Source: a virus. Taken from it: DNA of 64,000 bases. This document shows, one piece after another, positions 30,611 through 40,436 of the stretch. The stretch spans positions 8,155-72,154 of the IMG/VR virus record IMGVR_UViG_3300019764_000005; one strand, written 5' to 3'. Under the pieces are notes generated by a model, which made no database searches, was not told the origin of the DNA, and worked only from the letters and a program-made list of their open reading frames with translations. Position 1 is the first letter of the stretch. The number at the start of each line of letters is the position of its first letter. The position numbers and the translations under genes were made by a program.

Positions 30611-31153
30611 CTAGAAAGGTTTATAGATGTCGCAGGTCCATCTCCATACTTTCTGGTAATCATCGTACCAAACATCAATATTTGTGGAAGCGTAGCCTTT
30701 CGAGGCAATGTAGTAAAATACTGAATCCTTGCTTGGCTGCTCAGAGCATAATCCTTCCGCATGCATTTCGTGTGGCTCTGTTCTTACCAGTGAGTTTTCA
30801 TCAAGCAATGATCCGTTTTGGATACCCATAGCAGCCTGTACAATAATTTTTCCACATTTCTCTCTTCTTTCGAGTTCTTTAGTTATTGTATCCACATCTT
30901 CTTTTGCATCTTTAAGGAAAAGCTCTAATGCTTTCGTGTTGAGTTTTTTAAGTCTTTGTTTTCGTTCAGTAATCATATCAGCCTCCTTGTTAAAATTCAT
31001 TTTTAGTTTAAAATTTGGATCATCAGACTTCATATACTCAATGTAGTCTGAGACAGTAATACGCCCTTCGGATAACTCTAAGCCTGGCTTTAGCGTGTGG
31101 CTCAAATTGCATTGTTTAATCGGCAATAGCCATCCATATTCATGGTTTTTCAT
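30611..31153 (-). CDS. Hypothetical protein
   Basis: 180-aa ORF downstream of a promoter. Confidence 0.6.
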   Translation of the reverse strand: MKNHEYGWLLPIKQCNLSHTLKPGLELSEGRITVSDYIEYMKSDDPNFKLKMNFNKEADMITERKQRLKKLNTKALELFLKDAKEDVDTITKELERREKCGKIIVQAAMGIQNGSLLDENSLVRTEPHEMHAEGLCSEQPSKDSVFYYIASKGYASTNIDVWYDDYQKVWRWTCDIYKPF

Positions 31154-31183
31154 ACGTTAGTTCTTTAAATTAATCTTCAGTAA

Positions 31184-31221
31184 CAAAATTAAGACACAAT
31201 TACATTAGAAGCAATATAAAT
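31184..31221 (-). promoter_or_regulatory. Composite promoter ATTTATATTGCTTCTAATG-N11-TAATTTTG
   Basis: Recurrent motif at fixed spacing from the -7 box. Confidence 0.65.
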
Positions 31222-31270
31222 AAAGCCCAACTAAAATAGCAGGGCTTTTATTCGATTGGTGTTAATACAA

Positions 31271-31852
31271 TTAAAGTTTCTTAATTGCAAGCATTACTAA
31301 TTCATCTGAATTTTTCGGTTCTTCTGATTTTAATATTTCATCAACAATTGGCACGATATCTTCAAGTAGAAATCCGAGCTGCACCAATGCATTCATGGCT
31401 ACAGCTTTCATTTCACCAGTATGATTAATATTAGGTACGTCTGATAAATCATCTTCTCCAACCTTCTTTGCAAGCTCCACAACAATACGCTTGGCAGTCT
31501 TGGCACCTATGCCTTTGATTTTTACGAAAGATTTATCGTCACCAGAAGAGATGGCAATCTTGACCTCATTCGTAGTCATTCCGGAGAGTATCGTCATGCC
31601 AGTATTGGCACCTATACCTGATACCGATATTAACAACCTGAAAACACTCCTGCTTTCCTTACCGTAGAATCCGTATAATTTATGAGAGTCTTCCTTTATC
31701 ACTTCATGTAGATAAAGCTTGGCAGCTTTAAAAGTAGATAGAAACTCGGAGGTGTCATTTGAGATGTTTACCAGGTATCCTAATCCACCTGTTTCTACTA
31801 TCACTGAATCTGGCTGTAGGTCCACCAGTTCGCCTTTGATGTATTCTAACAT
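31271..31852 (-). CDS. ruvA: Holliday junction branch migration protein RuvA
   Basis: GGLGYLV, LYGF, FRLLISVSGIGA, IKGIGAKTAKRIVVEL, ALVQLGF. Confidence 0.93.
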   Translation of the reverse strand: MLEYIKGELVDLQPDSVIVETGGLGYLVNISNDTSEFLSTFKAAKLYLHEVIKEDSHKLYGFYGKESRSVFRLLISVSGIGANTGMTILSGMTTNEVKIAISSGDDKSFVKIKGIGAKTAKRIVVELAKKVGEDDLSDVPNINHTGEMKAVAMNALVQLGFLLEDIVPIVDEILKSEEPKNSDELVMLAIKKL

Positions 31853-31862
31853 AGCTTAAGTA

Positions 31863-32204
31863 TTAATCGATTTTTAATATCTTCTTCCATAATGGCTTAT
31901 TTAGCTCAGCTTTAAGTCTGCTTATCTCAGCAGTCAAGATATCAGTCTCTTTAATAAACTCAGTCTCAACTTCGCTGTAAACACACTTCTTTATATCATT
32001 AAGGATATTTTTCTTTCCAACTATCCTAATGTCAGACACTACATCAACAGATCCGTAGCCGACAACATGAACATGATTCCTGACAGATCCATCTATCACA
32101 AGGAATTTGCCGTTGTCAATTAAATTCTCAACAGCTCTTAGCTTTACGTTTTCATTCTCTAGCTTTTGCAGTTTGTCTCTGTCAATTAAAACTTGATCTT
32201 TCAT
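31863..32204 (-). CDS. Hypothetical protein
   Basis: 113-aa ORF with coiled-coil ends. Confidence 0.6.
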   Translation of the reverse strand: MKDQVLIDRDKLQKLENENVKLRAVENLIDNGKFLVIDGSVRNHVHVVGYGSVDVVSDIRIVGKKNILNDIKKCVYSEVETEFIKETDILTAEISRLKAELNKPLWKKILKID

Positions 32205-32227
32205 GTGCTTAAAGTATTTATTTACAA

Positions 32228-32265
32228 CAAATTTACTACACCATTAACTTAGAATCAATATAAAC
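32228..32265 (-). promoter_or_regulatory. Composite promoter GTTTATATTGATTCTAAGT-N11-TAAATTTG
   Basis: Recurrent motif at fixed spacing from the -7 box. Confidence 0.65.
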
Positions 32266-32669
32266 TATACCAAGTTCTTCTTCATCCATGGATGGTCATT
32301 TTCACAAAACCTATAACCTCGCCTTTCGTACCACTTCTGGACCCAGCCATCAACAGCCCATAGCGTTGATCTTTTTGCACCTAAAGCAATGCCCATGGCT
32401 TCCCGAAGCTCTTGAAGCATCAATCCATAGCCTTTACGCCTGAAAGCCTTGGACACATCCAAAGAATCAAGTATCACCTCTTCGTCATCATTGTGATACC
32501 ATGATATTCGACACATACAAACACCGTAGCGATGCATAATAGTAATAGTGTCATATTCATGATTTGTTGTGTAGTAGGCAATAAAACTATCTGGAACGAG
32601 ATTCAATGCTTTATTTATGTTATCGCTAAGACTCATAGTGTTTCTTTGTTTTAAAAAAAAATAATTCAA
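32265..32669 (-). CDS. GNAT acetyltransferase
   Basis: LDVSKAFRRKGYG acetyl-CoA motif and WYERRGY. Confidence 0.8.
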   Translation of the reverse strand: MNYFFLKQRNTMSLSDNINKALNLVPDSFIAYYTTNHEYDTITIMHRYGVCMCRISWYHNDDEEVILDSLDVSKAFRRKGYGLMLQELREAMGIALGAKRSTLWAVDGWVQKWYERRGYRFCENDHPWMKKNLV

Positions 32670-32674
32670 ATAAA

Positions 32675-33055
32675 TTACAATTCTGATCCTGGAATGTATT
32701 TAACTCCACACATCCTATAAGCACTTCGCATCGTAATCCCGAACCTTCCTGCCACAGCAGATGCATTATTAAAATCGAAAACAAGAAGGTCTGCGAACAA
32801 CCATTGAATATCTACACAGTCGATATCGAACCAACCACCGTAGGTACGGTAATGATTCATATTAACTAGCGTATCGGAAATGTACTTTTTGCATTTAGGT
32901 ATGCCAGGCGACTTAAACACCACTTCTAATTCACAACCGGTCTCCAACTGCATTAAATCCAATTGGTCCTCATACTTATCAACGTCAAGCGCAAACACTC
33001 CTGTGAGTTTAGCACGCTCATTCCACAATACAAATACTCCTTTCATTCTATTCAT
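32675..33055 (-). CDS. T5orf172/GIY-YIG-like protein (divergent)
   Basis: LETGCELEV...GGWF pattern. Confidence 0.45.
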   Translation of the reverse strand: MNRMKGVFVLWNERAKLTGVFALDVDKYEDQLDLMQLETGCELEVVFKSPGIPKCKKYISDTLVNMNHYRTYGGWFDIDCVDIQWLFADLLVFDFNNASAVAGRFGITMRSAYRMCGVKYIPGSEL

Positions 33056-33072
33056 AATTATCCTCCTTTTAA

Positions 33073-33414
33073 TTATAACGTTACTTTACCATCCAAAATA
33101 TGCGTAATCTTATCAAGAACAACCTTGTCGTATTTAGATAGATCATCACTACACAGTAGCGCAGAAATACATTCACGTACTTCTATGTATTCATTTTCGC
33201 TCATTACGTGCGCAGCAATACGATACATATGCATATCTGGCATATTAGTTGGCATACTGTGGATTGGGATCTCAGGCATATTAAGCACCGTTTCTCCAAA
33301 ATCAAAACCTAGCTTCCTATCTATTCCCGTTTGATCTACACAATATTTTAGAACCGAAGGCTTTATTCCAGATGGATCAATCTCGCTCAAACAAGTACTC
33401 TGCACTCTTTTCAT
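33073..33414 (-). CDS. Hypothetical protein
   Basis: First gene of the leftward arm. Confidence 0.55.
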   Translation of the reverse strand: MKRVQSTCLSEIDPSGIKPSVLKYCVDQTGIDRKLGFDFGETVLNMPEIPIHSMPTNMPDMHMYRIAAHVMSENEYIEVRECISALLCSDDLSKYDKVVLDKITHILDGKVTL

Positions 33415-33462
33415 ATCTATTCATCCTTTTAATGATAATTTACTTTTAAAATGATAACGTCA

Positions 33463-33500
33463 CAAATATACGGCACCAATAGATTAGATCCAATATAAAT
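33463..33500 (-). promoter_or_regulatory. Composite promoter ATTTATATTGGATCTAATC-N11-TATATTTG
   Basis: Recurrent motif at fixed spacing from the -7 box. Confidence 0.65.
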
Positions 33501-35266
33501 AGTAGTACACTTATCAATAATCGAAAATAACACTCTTTTATCCCACCTCGGGGAACTTTTAATTCAACCCCCATGAATACTCAATTCCTATTCTGAGGAT
33601 TTCACGCTGAATTAAACAATAATCAGGATTAAATGGAGAAATGGAGAGAATAGACCACTTTTAAGGTGGAAAATGGACTTGGAAAGAGTGAAGAAGGAAG
33701 TGTTAGGGAATGGGAAAAATGAAATTTTGAATAGGCTGAGAGTACCCTAATGCGTTTCCCAGCCCTCTCTTCCACTTCCGAAAGTACCCCCACCCCTTTC
33801 CTATCCATCCGCTTTTCCGTTTCATTTCTATACTTTTTTACCTTTTTTCATGGGGTATTGGTGGCGATGGACTACTTACTATCCACCAACTCTGCACATA
33901 TTACCTAATCTGATTGACTGCCTTATTCGCGCGGAAATGATACTCTATCTCGATATTATGTGTAGATATCTAATACTTTTACAAATGGTCTGTATTTTTT
34001 TCACTACTCACCCAAATACTATTGTCTACTTGGTACAATATTGTGTGTTATGCGAGTTTGTGGTGAGAAATTTAGGGAAATTATGGGAGCTACTCTGCTT
34101 AAGGGGATACTGATTAGGGGAATTCCTCCCTTCCCACAGTCTTTTCCTTCTCATCCTTATTAAATCGTGACATATCCCGTCCTCCCTCGTTATCCCGTCA
34201 TCCCTCCCCTTATCCTTATTTTATTATGGTCTTTCGTTGTCTTGTGTCTTCGTTCCTGTTGTGTCGTGGTGCTTTCGTGTTGTACTGGTATGTTGCCCTG
34301 GGTTTGTGTTATACTCTTTAGTGTTATTCTTTGTATTGTATTGTCTTTACTCTCTATTAGTGGATGACTACTTGCTTAACTGTTTGGAGTATTTGAATTG
34401 ATGGTCATTCTTGTTCTATTATATTATAGTGTTATTTGTTTGTTCTCTTATACTTGTGTGATAATTTACAAATTGTGTGATATCTCTGTACGCCCTATTG
34501 TTACTGGGATACTCAAATTAATTGTCAATTATTTTTAAATTATTTTCACATAGCAATTTGTTTTTGTGTTTTACGGCTGTTTTTAGTCTGTCTATTTATC
34601 ATTTTGTAGCTCATTCTACATGTAACTATTTATTAATGTGTTGTTTGTATTTCTTATCTAGATCATGTAAATATGACGTTCGTACGTGTCAACTGTGTAA
34701 TTATTGTTTAGTACCTTTTTGTTACTATCATTAATTATCAATGATTTAAGTAATTTTGCGTATTAAATCTTTTCGTCGCACCTTAGCAACACAGAACAAC
34801 GAAACACCCCACAAAGGGATTTTTACACTTCTGTATCGTTCTTTATTTCTTGTCTGTTTACATTTCATCCGAAAGGAATTATATTTATTCATAGTGTTCT
34901 AAATATCATTTACCGCGGATTTAATCAGGATAATTAATATCGTACGTTCTTTGACATATAGAAAAGGGGTTTTTTGCAATGAAGGCATTGTTTTAAATCG
35001 GTATCGAGTCTATAATGGACTTAAAACAAAACTCTCACACCCTATGAAATAACAATTAAGTTGATTACTCTGGTAGGGGGTAAATGAATTAAGGTTAGAC
35101 CTTACAGGAATTCTAAGAACCAAAAGAACGGTCATGGGTGTAAAATGATTTACGCCCTAACTTTAATTACATGGCTTGAAAGGCTTTGCGTCTACTATCT
35201 ACTGTTTATGCAATGTGATCTTTATACAGTTTGTTACTGTCAAGCCTACTATATTATTTTGGTATT
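33501..35266. other. Long non-coding divergence region (candidate genome end, origin or early promoter leader)
   Basis: No credible ORFs; purine and pyrimidine tracts; genes diverge on either side. Confidence 0.55.
34945..34957 (+). promoter_or_regulatory. boxA-like antitermination motif CGTTCTTTGACAT
   Basis: Resembles rrn boxA; a second partial copy CGTTCTTTA lies at 34837. Confidence 0.4.
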
Positions 35267-35289
35267 GCTCTTTAGAAAAGAGCGCAAAA
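35267..35289 (+). repeat. GCTCTTT-N3-AAAGAGC-RCAAA hairpin, copy 1
   Basis: One of five intergenic copies in the rightward arm. Confidence 0.8.
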
Positions 35290-35299
35290 CTTTATTATC

Positions 35300-35458
35300 A
35301 TGATTACAAAATATGATTTAATATCTATTCTTGTAAAAGAATACGAAAAGGATATGCAGCACGATATTAGAATCATGTTGTCAAGAGAAAAAGATTCTTT
35401 CTTTGAGTCTCAACTGCCTGTTAAGGCTATAAGAAAAGGATATTTCGTAATTGCTTAA
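35300..35458 (+). CDS. Small hypothetical protein (52 aa)
   Basis: Hand-translated ORF right after hairpin copy 1. Confidence 0.45.
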   Translation: MITKYDLISILVKEYEKDMQHDIRIMLSREKDSFFESQLPVKAIRKGYFVIA

Positions 35459-35492
35459 TTAAATTTAATTCTAATCAAATAAATCCAATATC

Positions 35493-35939
35493 ATGAAAAC
35501 TACTGTAAATTTTGAACTATCACAAGAAGACAAAAAAGGTTTAAGAACTATCCAAGCTGTTTCATATGAATATGACGGTAAAGCAGAATTAAACATTGGC
35601 AAAGTAGCGCAAAGCGTGACTAATTCAGTGTTTAGAAAGCTTGCTATCCAAAATAGCAGTTCTGTAAACTTTGGTATCAAAGTCTCAAGACCTTTCAATT
35701 TGGTTGTTACTATTAATAACGAAAAGGTGCTTGATATTGCGCAATGCATGAATCAAGTGACTGATAACTCAAAGCTGAAAATTAAAAACAAGCTTTACAA
35801 GGAAAATGCAGGCGCTGCAATGGAAGCCTTTAAAAACGACATTATTATGGTTATAGGTGAATCTGAAATGTCAGACAATGATTACAAAGACTGTATTGAA
35901 ATTGCCAAGCCTAAGAAATCAAAAACTGAAACTAAATAA
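35493..35939 (+). CDS. Hypothetical early protein
   Basis: 148-aa ORF. Confidence 0.65.
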   Translation: MKTTVNFELSQEDKKGLRTIQAVSYEYDGKAELNIGKVAQSVTNSVFRKLAIQNSSSVNFGIKVSRPFNLVVTINNEKVLDIAQCMNQVTDNSKLKIKNKLYKENAGAAMEAFKNDIIMVIGESEMSDNDYKDCIEIAKPKKSKTETK

Positions 35940-35997
35940 TTCCTTTTTCTCTTACTTACATACTCATTAAGCTACTGTCATACGATAGTAGCTTTTC

Positions 35998-36072
35998 GGC
36001 TTAGTAGCTCAGTTGGTAGAGCGCAAAGATTAAATTGTCTTTGGGTCGCGGGTTCGAGTCCCGCTTAAGCCA
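35998..36072 (+). tRNA. tRNA-like RNA with a non-canonical 10-nt anticodon loop (identity undetermined)
   Basis: GGCTTAG/TTAAGCC acceptor, GCTC-AGTTGGTA-GAGC D arm, CAAAG-ATTAAATTGT-CTTTG anticodon arm, GCGGG-TTCGAGT-CCCGC T arm; no encoded CCA. Confidence 0.8.
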
Positions 36073-36100
36073 CAAAATTATTCACTAAAATTTATATAAA

Positions 36101-36283
36101 ATGAATTCTGAAACTTTAAACCGTATTATTAATGCATTCATTGTAATCGGTCTCGTGCTTATTCTTGCCAGTGCTATATGTTTTTCTCAAGGGTTCCTTA
36201 TGGGATTTAGAAACTGGCTTGCTCCTCTGGGTATTATTGCATGGTTTATACCTGCTCCTTTCTTTATTTTCTTTGATAAATAA
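36101..36283 (+). CDS. Small two-TM membrane protein
   Basis: Two hydrophobic helices in 60 aa. Confidence 0.6.
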   Translation: MNSETLNRIINAFIVIGLVLILASAICFSQGFLMGFRNWLAPLGIIAWFIPAPFFIFFDK

Positions 36284-36292
36284 TATTGTAAC

Positions 36293-36314
36293 GCTCTTTT
36301 AAAAAGAGCACAAA
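36293..36314 (+). repeat. GCTCTTT-N3-AAAGAGC hairpin, copy 2
   Basis: GCTCTTTTAAAAAGAGCACAAA. Confidence 0.8.
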
Positions 36315-36504
36315 TGAAACTATGTTAAAAATCTACTCCTATATTAATAAATACGGGGAAAAGAAATACTATTTCACGTATGATAATAAGCGTTGGACGT
36401 ACACATGAATCTGCTGCTATTTGGGCAGCAAAGCAACTGGAAAAATGATCTGCACCATGTGCGGAAACAAAAGATAATTTTCAATAACTAAAACTTAAAA
36501 TCAA

Positions 36505-36666
36505 ATGTTTACTCTTGTAGATGACTTAGGAAAAGAAATGTATGCACATAAAGTGTATGAGAATGTTTTATCTCACATAGCAGAGAAGTTTGGAACCGAA
36601 TGCGCGGATGCTGCCAGGATTGTAGGCGAGTTCATGCATGATGGGATTTATTACTTCATAAACTAA
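36505..36666 (+). CDS. Small hypothetical protein (53 aa)
   Basis: ORF filling the gap in the operon. Confidence 0.45.
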   Translation: MFTLVDDLGKEMYAHKVYENVLSHIAEKFGTECADAARIVGEFMHDGIYYFIN

Positions 36667-36671
36667 GAATC

Positions 36672-36935
36672 ATGGAAGTTACATATGCAATTCAATGTAC
36701 TTGCGGTGCAGTCACCGTAGACTTTGACAAGGAAAATTATTCAATGACAGAGCAGGAATTTAAAGACAACTTTCCTGACACTAAACTTGAAGAAGCAAAA
36801 TATCAAGCGTGTAACCACTGCACTAATAATTGGGGCATCTCCCTTTGTTATTGCGGTAGCGGTGAGCATGTAAACACATGTAAGTGCGGGTGCAATAAGC
36901 CTGCCCAAGTTATTAGCTGTTATCAACACCCATAG
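36672..36935 (+). CDS. Cys-rich hypothetical protein
   Basis: CTCG, CNHC, CYCGSG, CKCGC. Confidence 0.6.
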   Translation: MEVTYAIQCTCGAVTVDFDKENYSMTEQEFKDNFPDTKLEEAKYQACNHCTNNWGISLCYCGSGEHVNTCKCGCNKPAQVISCYQHP

Positions 36936-36937
36936 TC

Positions 36938-37117
36938 ATGAAACAGGAATCATATTATCAAGATTACATAGTTCAAAACGGAACTATTGAAGGATTCCCT
37001 ACCTACATTACTATATCCGCCTATGAACAAAGAGAAGCCGCTAAACATGGCTTATATCTCAGTGATTTGGTAAGCGAAGCCAAGCGCAATAATAAAGATT
37101 GGCAATCAGATTGTTAG
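36938..37117 (+). CDS. Small hypothetical protein (59 aa)
   Basis: ORF abutting both neighbours. Confidence 0.45.
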   Translation: MKQESYYQDYIVQNGTIEGFPTYITISAYEQREAAKHGLYLSDLVSEAKRNNKDWQSDC

Positions 37118-37136
37118 ATTTTAAAAACTCAAACCA

Positions 37137-38057
37137 ATGACAACCAAAAATAATACCTCGAATAATTTAATCTATAAGGATTCAGTCACAATTGGAAAAG
37201 AAAGGACTACCGTTAAAATTCGATTAAACGATGAATGCAAAACCGGACATCAAGATTTTGCAATCGTCTGCGATATATATGAGCATGGGCGAAACGTTGG
37301 CGGCGGTGCTGCTCATGACCACATAAGTAAAGTATTCAACGGTAAGTATGATGATTTCATAAGACTGCATTTGTGTGACTATGCAGGTATTCCAACATAT
37401 GCTGTCGAGAATGGCTTCTATCATCTGAAAGAAGGCGGCGAGCCTATGAGTAAAGATAAGTTTTGCGCCTACTATAGAGTCTCTTCAAGTAATTACGATA
37501 TCCTAATCAAGAGTGAGCACAAGTTAGAGTTTGCCTTGCTGCTTGAATCGTTAGGTATTTTAAAAGATTGGAAAAATGAAGCTGACGCTGCAATAAAGAG
37601 GCTCGAAGGTCTGACTGGATTAATCTTCCTTAATGACTCAAAGAAAAGTCAATACAATGCTCCTGAAATTGATTTGGTAAGAGATTTTGAATCTAAAGTT
37701 GCTGCCGGATATTATGACGACGACAAAAAGAAAGCGCGATCAATACAAACCAAGGCAGACAATAAGGCTAAAAAAATAGCTGACTTGAAAGCATATGCTG
37801 CCCGTAAAATCGATAAGATTAAAACAGAATTAGCCATAGATCTGTTTATCGTTAAAAAGCTAGGTGTTGATTTTAATAATCATATTTATTACAATCACAA
37901 AAACACTCTCACTTTTAACTGGAAAGACTACGATAAAAACCTAACTGAAAAAGAATTCGATAAGTTTTGCGAGTCTATTACTGAGAATCAATTCAACTCT
38001 CTACCTGAAGGGATTGAGTTTGAATTAAAGGGTGTTAAGATATATACTAAAAATTAA
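37137..38057 (+). CDS. Hypothetical phage protein
   Basis: 306-aa ORF. Confidence 0.7.
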   Translation: MTTKNNTSNNLIYKDSVTIGKERTTVKIRLNDECKTGHQDFAIVCDIYEHGRNVGGGAAHDHISKVFNGKYDDFIRLHLCDYAGIPTYAVENGFYHLKEGGEPMSKDKFCAYYRVSSSNYDILIKSEHKLEFALLLESLGILKDWKNEADAAIKRLEGLTGLIFLNDSKKSQYNAPEIDLVRDFESKVAAGYYDDDKKKARSIQTKADNKAKKIADLKAYAARKIDKIKTELAIDLFIVKKLGVDFNNHIYYNHKNTLTFNWKDYDKNLTEKEFDKFCESITENQFNSLPEGIEFELKGVKIYTKN

Positions 38058-38069
38058 AAAGAATATCAA

Positions 38070-38342
38070 ATGAAAAAGTTTCCGAAGGTGTCAAACATGA
38101 AAAGCAATCAGGGCAACAATGTGCCTTGTCAATTTATAATAACTATCGGTGGTGATGTATTTTTCCAGAGTTACGAAACTGTAATAGCAGCCAAAGTAAA
38201 AGGAAAAACGTATCTCGATAAAAGCAAATGGGATTATTCAGCAACAACTGCAAAGTATCGCAACCAATTTCTTGGAATGACAACCAATGAGACTAAAGAA
38301 GCGATAGCTGATAAAACTATTAAGCTTAAAGACTTAAACTAA
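38070..38342 (+). CDS. Conserved phage early-region hypothetical protein
   Basis: FQSY.T.IA...WDYSATTAKYRNQFL motif. Confidence 0.65.
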   Translation: MKKFPKVSNMKSNQGNNVPCQFIITIGGDVFFQSYETVIAAKVKGKTYLDKSKWDYSATTAKYRNQFLGMTTNETKEAIADKTIKLKDLN

Positions 38343-38399
38343 TCATTCGTTGCCCATGGCTATCCGTGGGTAACTTCACTTATAAACTAATTAGAAATA

Positions 38400-38777
38400 A
38401 TGACTAAACAGGAAATATTAAAAGGAGAAGAATACATTGCTAAGCTGTTAGAAATAAAGTCTTGGTATGATGGAAGATACGGGCTGATGTATACTAGTCC
38501 TGTTGATAAGACTAGCTCATTTACAACAAAATTTCATGACTCATGGGATTGGCTGCATGTTGCTTTGGATAAAATTGAATCTATCTTGCCTGAGTGTACA
38601 GTTATTACTCTCTGGCATAACATGTGCCAAATTCCTGTTATCCCTGCAAGCTTTGAAATTGATTGCGAGGGTACGTCTAAAAAGATGGCAGCTTTTGAAG
38701 CTTGTGCTGACTTTGCCAAGTGGTATTTAGAAGAAGGTGGTAAAGAGATTTTAAATAATACTGTAACCGATGATTAA
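38400..38777 (+). CDS. Hypothetical protein, paralogue of the next gene
   Basis: FHDSWDWLHVALDKIE...F.KWY. Confidence 0.65.
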   Translation: MTKQEILKGEEYIAKLLEIKSWYDGRYGLMYTSPVDKTSSFTTKFHDSWDWLHVALDKIESILPECTVITLWHNMCQIPVIPASFEIDCEGTSKKMAAFEACADFAKWYLEEGGKEILNNTVTDD

Positions 38778-39315
38778 CCGAAGAGCAATATTTGCAGCAA
38801 GTCCTTACCTGAGAGAAGGTGAGCTAAGCGTAGAGGATCAACTAAGACTTATACTTGAGTTCGAAGGTGACGAAGGTACGCTAATCGATTTCGTTAGCCC
38901 TGACATACTGCTGGTTGAAGGCGTGGAGCTTCATTTAACCGTGAAATTATTTAAGGAAATAATATCACTATCAGTTGTCCAGGTGAAAGCTCTTACAGAA
39001 GAGGAGCTTGCCGAGGGCGTTAAATTGATTAATGTCTTTATGGGCTTGGATGAATCCGAAGACATAAAATACTACTCTGATTGGAATTCAATAATGCCTG
39101 TCTTAATTAAGATAGCAAAAGTTCCAGATGAGTTTAAAATACTTGGGTGCTTTGGCATTCATATTTTCAGGCAAGAAGTATGGATAGATAGCCCGATCGG
39201 ATTCAGAATCCATTCGTCTGAAGACTTTACAAGTACGCTTGAAAAACCTTTGGAGGAAAAAGCTTTCGAAGGTGCAATCATATTTATCAAATGGTACAAT
39301 AAAAACTTAAAATAA
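38770..39315 (+). CDS. Hypothetical protein, paralogue of the previous gene
   Basis: YYSDWNSIMPVLIKIA...FIKWYN. Confidence 0.65.
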   Translation: MINRRAIFAASPYLREGELSVEDQLRLILEFEGDEGTLIDFVSPDILLVEGVELHLTVKLFKEIISLSVVQVKALTEEELAEGVKLINVFMGLDESEDIKYYSDWNSIMPVLIKIAKVPDEFKILGCFGIHIFRQEVWIDSPIGFRIHSSEDFTSTLEKPLEEKAFEGAIIFIKWYNKNLK

Positions 39316-39326
39316 TATTCCGTATT

Positions 39327-40343
39327 ATGAAAGCAAAAGAACTTAAAGATATGCTCAATAGAGCTAAGAAAGCAATGTGTCAGAAGAAAGTAGCTCCAAT
39401 CACTGAAAAGGTGATAATATTAGACGGTGCCATGCATACAGTAGCCCTGCAAAGTTTGAATATGGAAGTTTACTGCCTGAAAGATCCGATTTTTGATGGC
39501 ATAAACGGTGGTGTTGATTTTAAAGACCTGCTGAAAATAGCTACGAAGCTTAAAAATTCAGACATCTCCATCGATCAGAACCTCGACAAGCTTAACATTA
39601 GGTCTTCGAAAGGTGTATTCAAGCTTACTATTTGTGAAGGCGATGTGAATAATATGCTGGACGTGCCAAGTGTTTACGAGACCATGTGTACTATTACGCA
39701 AGAAACTGCAGATATAATCCAAAAAGCTTTCCCGTTTGTTGGCGACGACCCATTAAGACCTATCATGTCTCACGTCCTGCTTGATGCTGAAGGTTACGTT
39801 GTAGCTTCAGATGCACACAAAATGCTATTTGAAAAGTGTCAGTCGTTCCCAGAAGACATCTATGTTTCAACCAAATTGATCGACAAAGAGTTTTCATTAT
39901 CGAAAAGTCATTGCGGTAAATGGCTGCAATTTCAATCCGGTCCTGAGACTATATTTCAACATGTGGGAGATGGCACGTATCCCGCATGGAGAAACGTCAT
40001 TCCGAAGAATCTCAACATAGTTTTAAACACCGATCGGAAGGAGTTAATTGAGAAACTTGATTTCTGTTTACTTTCTTGCAATCCTGCTTCTCAGATGGCA
40101 GTTCTCGACCTTGACACAAAGAATAGCGAAATCCATACAAGCGATATAGATTTCGGTAAAGAGTTCTCTGCTGACATTGAAAATGCCAACGCAGAAATTA
40201 AAATAGGTGTCAAAATTCCATACTTGTCCGGGATAGCAAAATCAATCTCATCTGATACGGTTAAGATTGAAATGATGGACCCTACTCGGGCTATGATTAT
40301 CAATGAGCACATACTTTTAATGCCAATGATGGTAAGTGAGTAG
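39327..40343 (+). CDS. dnaN: DNA polymerase III beta sliding-clamp homologue
   Basis: RPIM, VASDAHKM, GTYPAWRNVIP, C-terminal LLMPM; 338 aa. Confidence 0.8.
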   Translation: MKAKELKDMLNRAKKAMCQKKVAPITEKVIILDGAMHTVALQSLNMEVYCLKDPIFDGINGGVDFKDLLKIATKLKNSDISIDQNLDKLNIRSSKGVFKLTICEGDVNNMLDVPSVYETMCTITQETADIIQKAFPFVGDDPLRPIMSHVLLDAEGYVVASDAHKMLFEKCQSFPEDIYVSTKLIDKEFSLSKSHCGKWLQFQSGPETIFQHVGDGTYPAWRNVIPKNLNIVLNTDRKELIEKLDFCLLSCNPASQMAVLDLDTKNSEIHTSDIDFGKEFSADIENANAEIKIGVKIPYLSGIAKSISSDTVKIEMMDPTRAMIINEHILLMPMMVSE

Positions 40344-40436
40344 TCTTATTCAAATTCATTCTAAATACATAAATTAGCAACTTTACAATTAATAAAACTT
40401 TATTCAATTAGTATTAATCAACACCGTTAATTTAAA

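Noticed and set aside
33850-34734. ORFs 33850-34113, 34167-34367 and 34522-34734
   Set aside because: Low-complexity L/C/V-rich translations explained by the T-rich non-coding composition.
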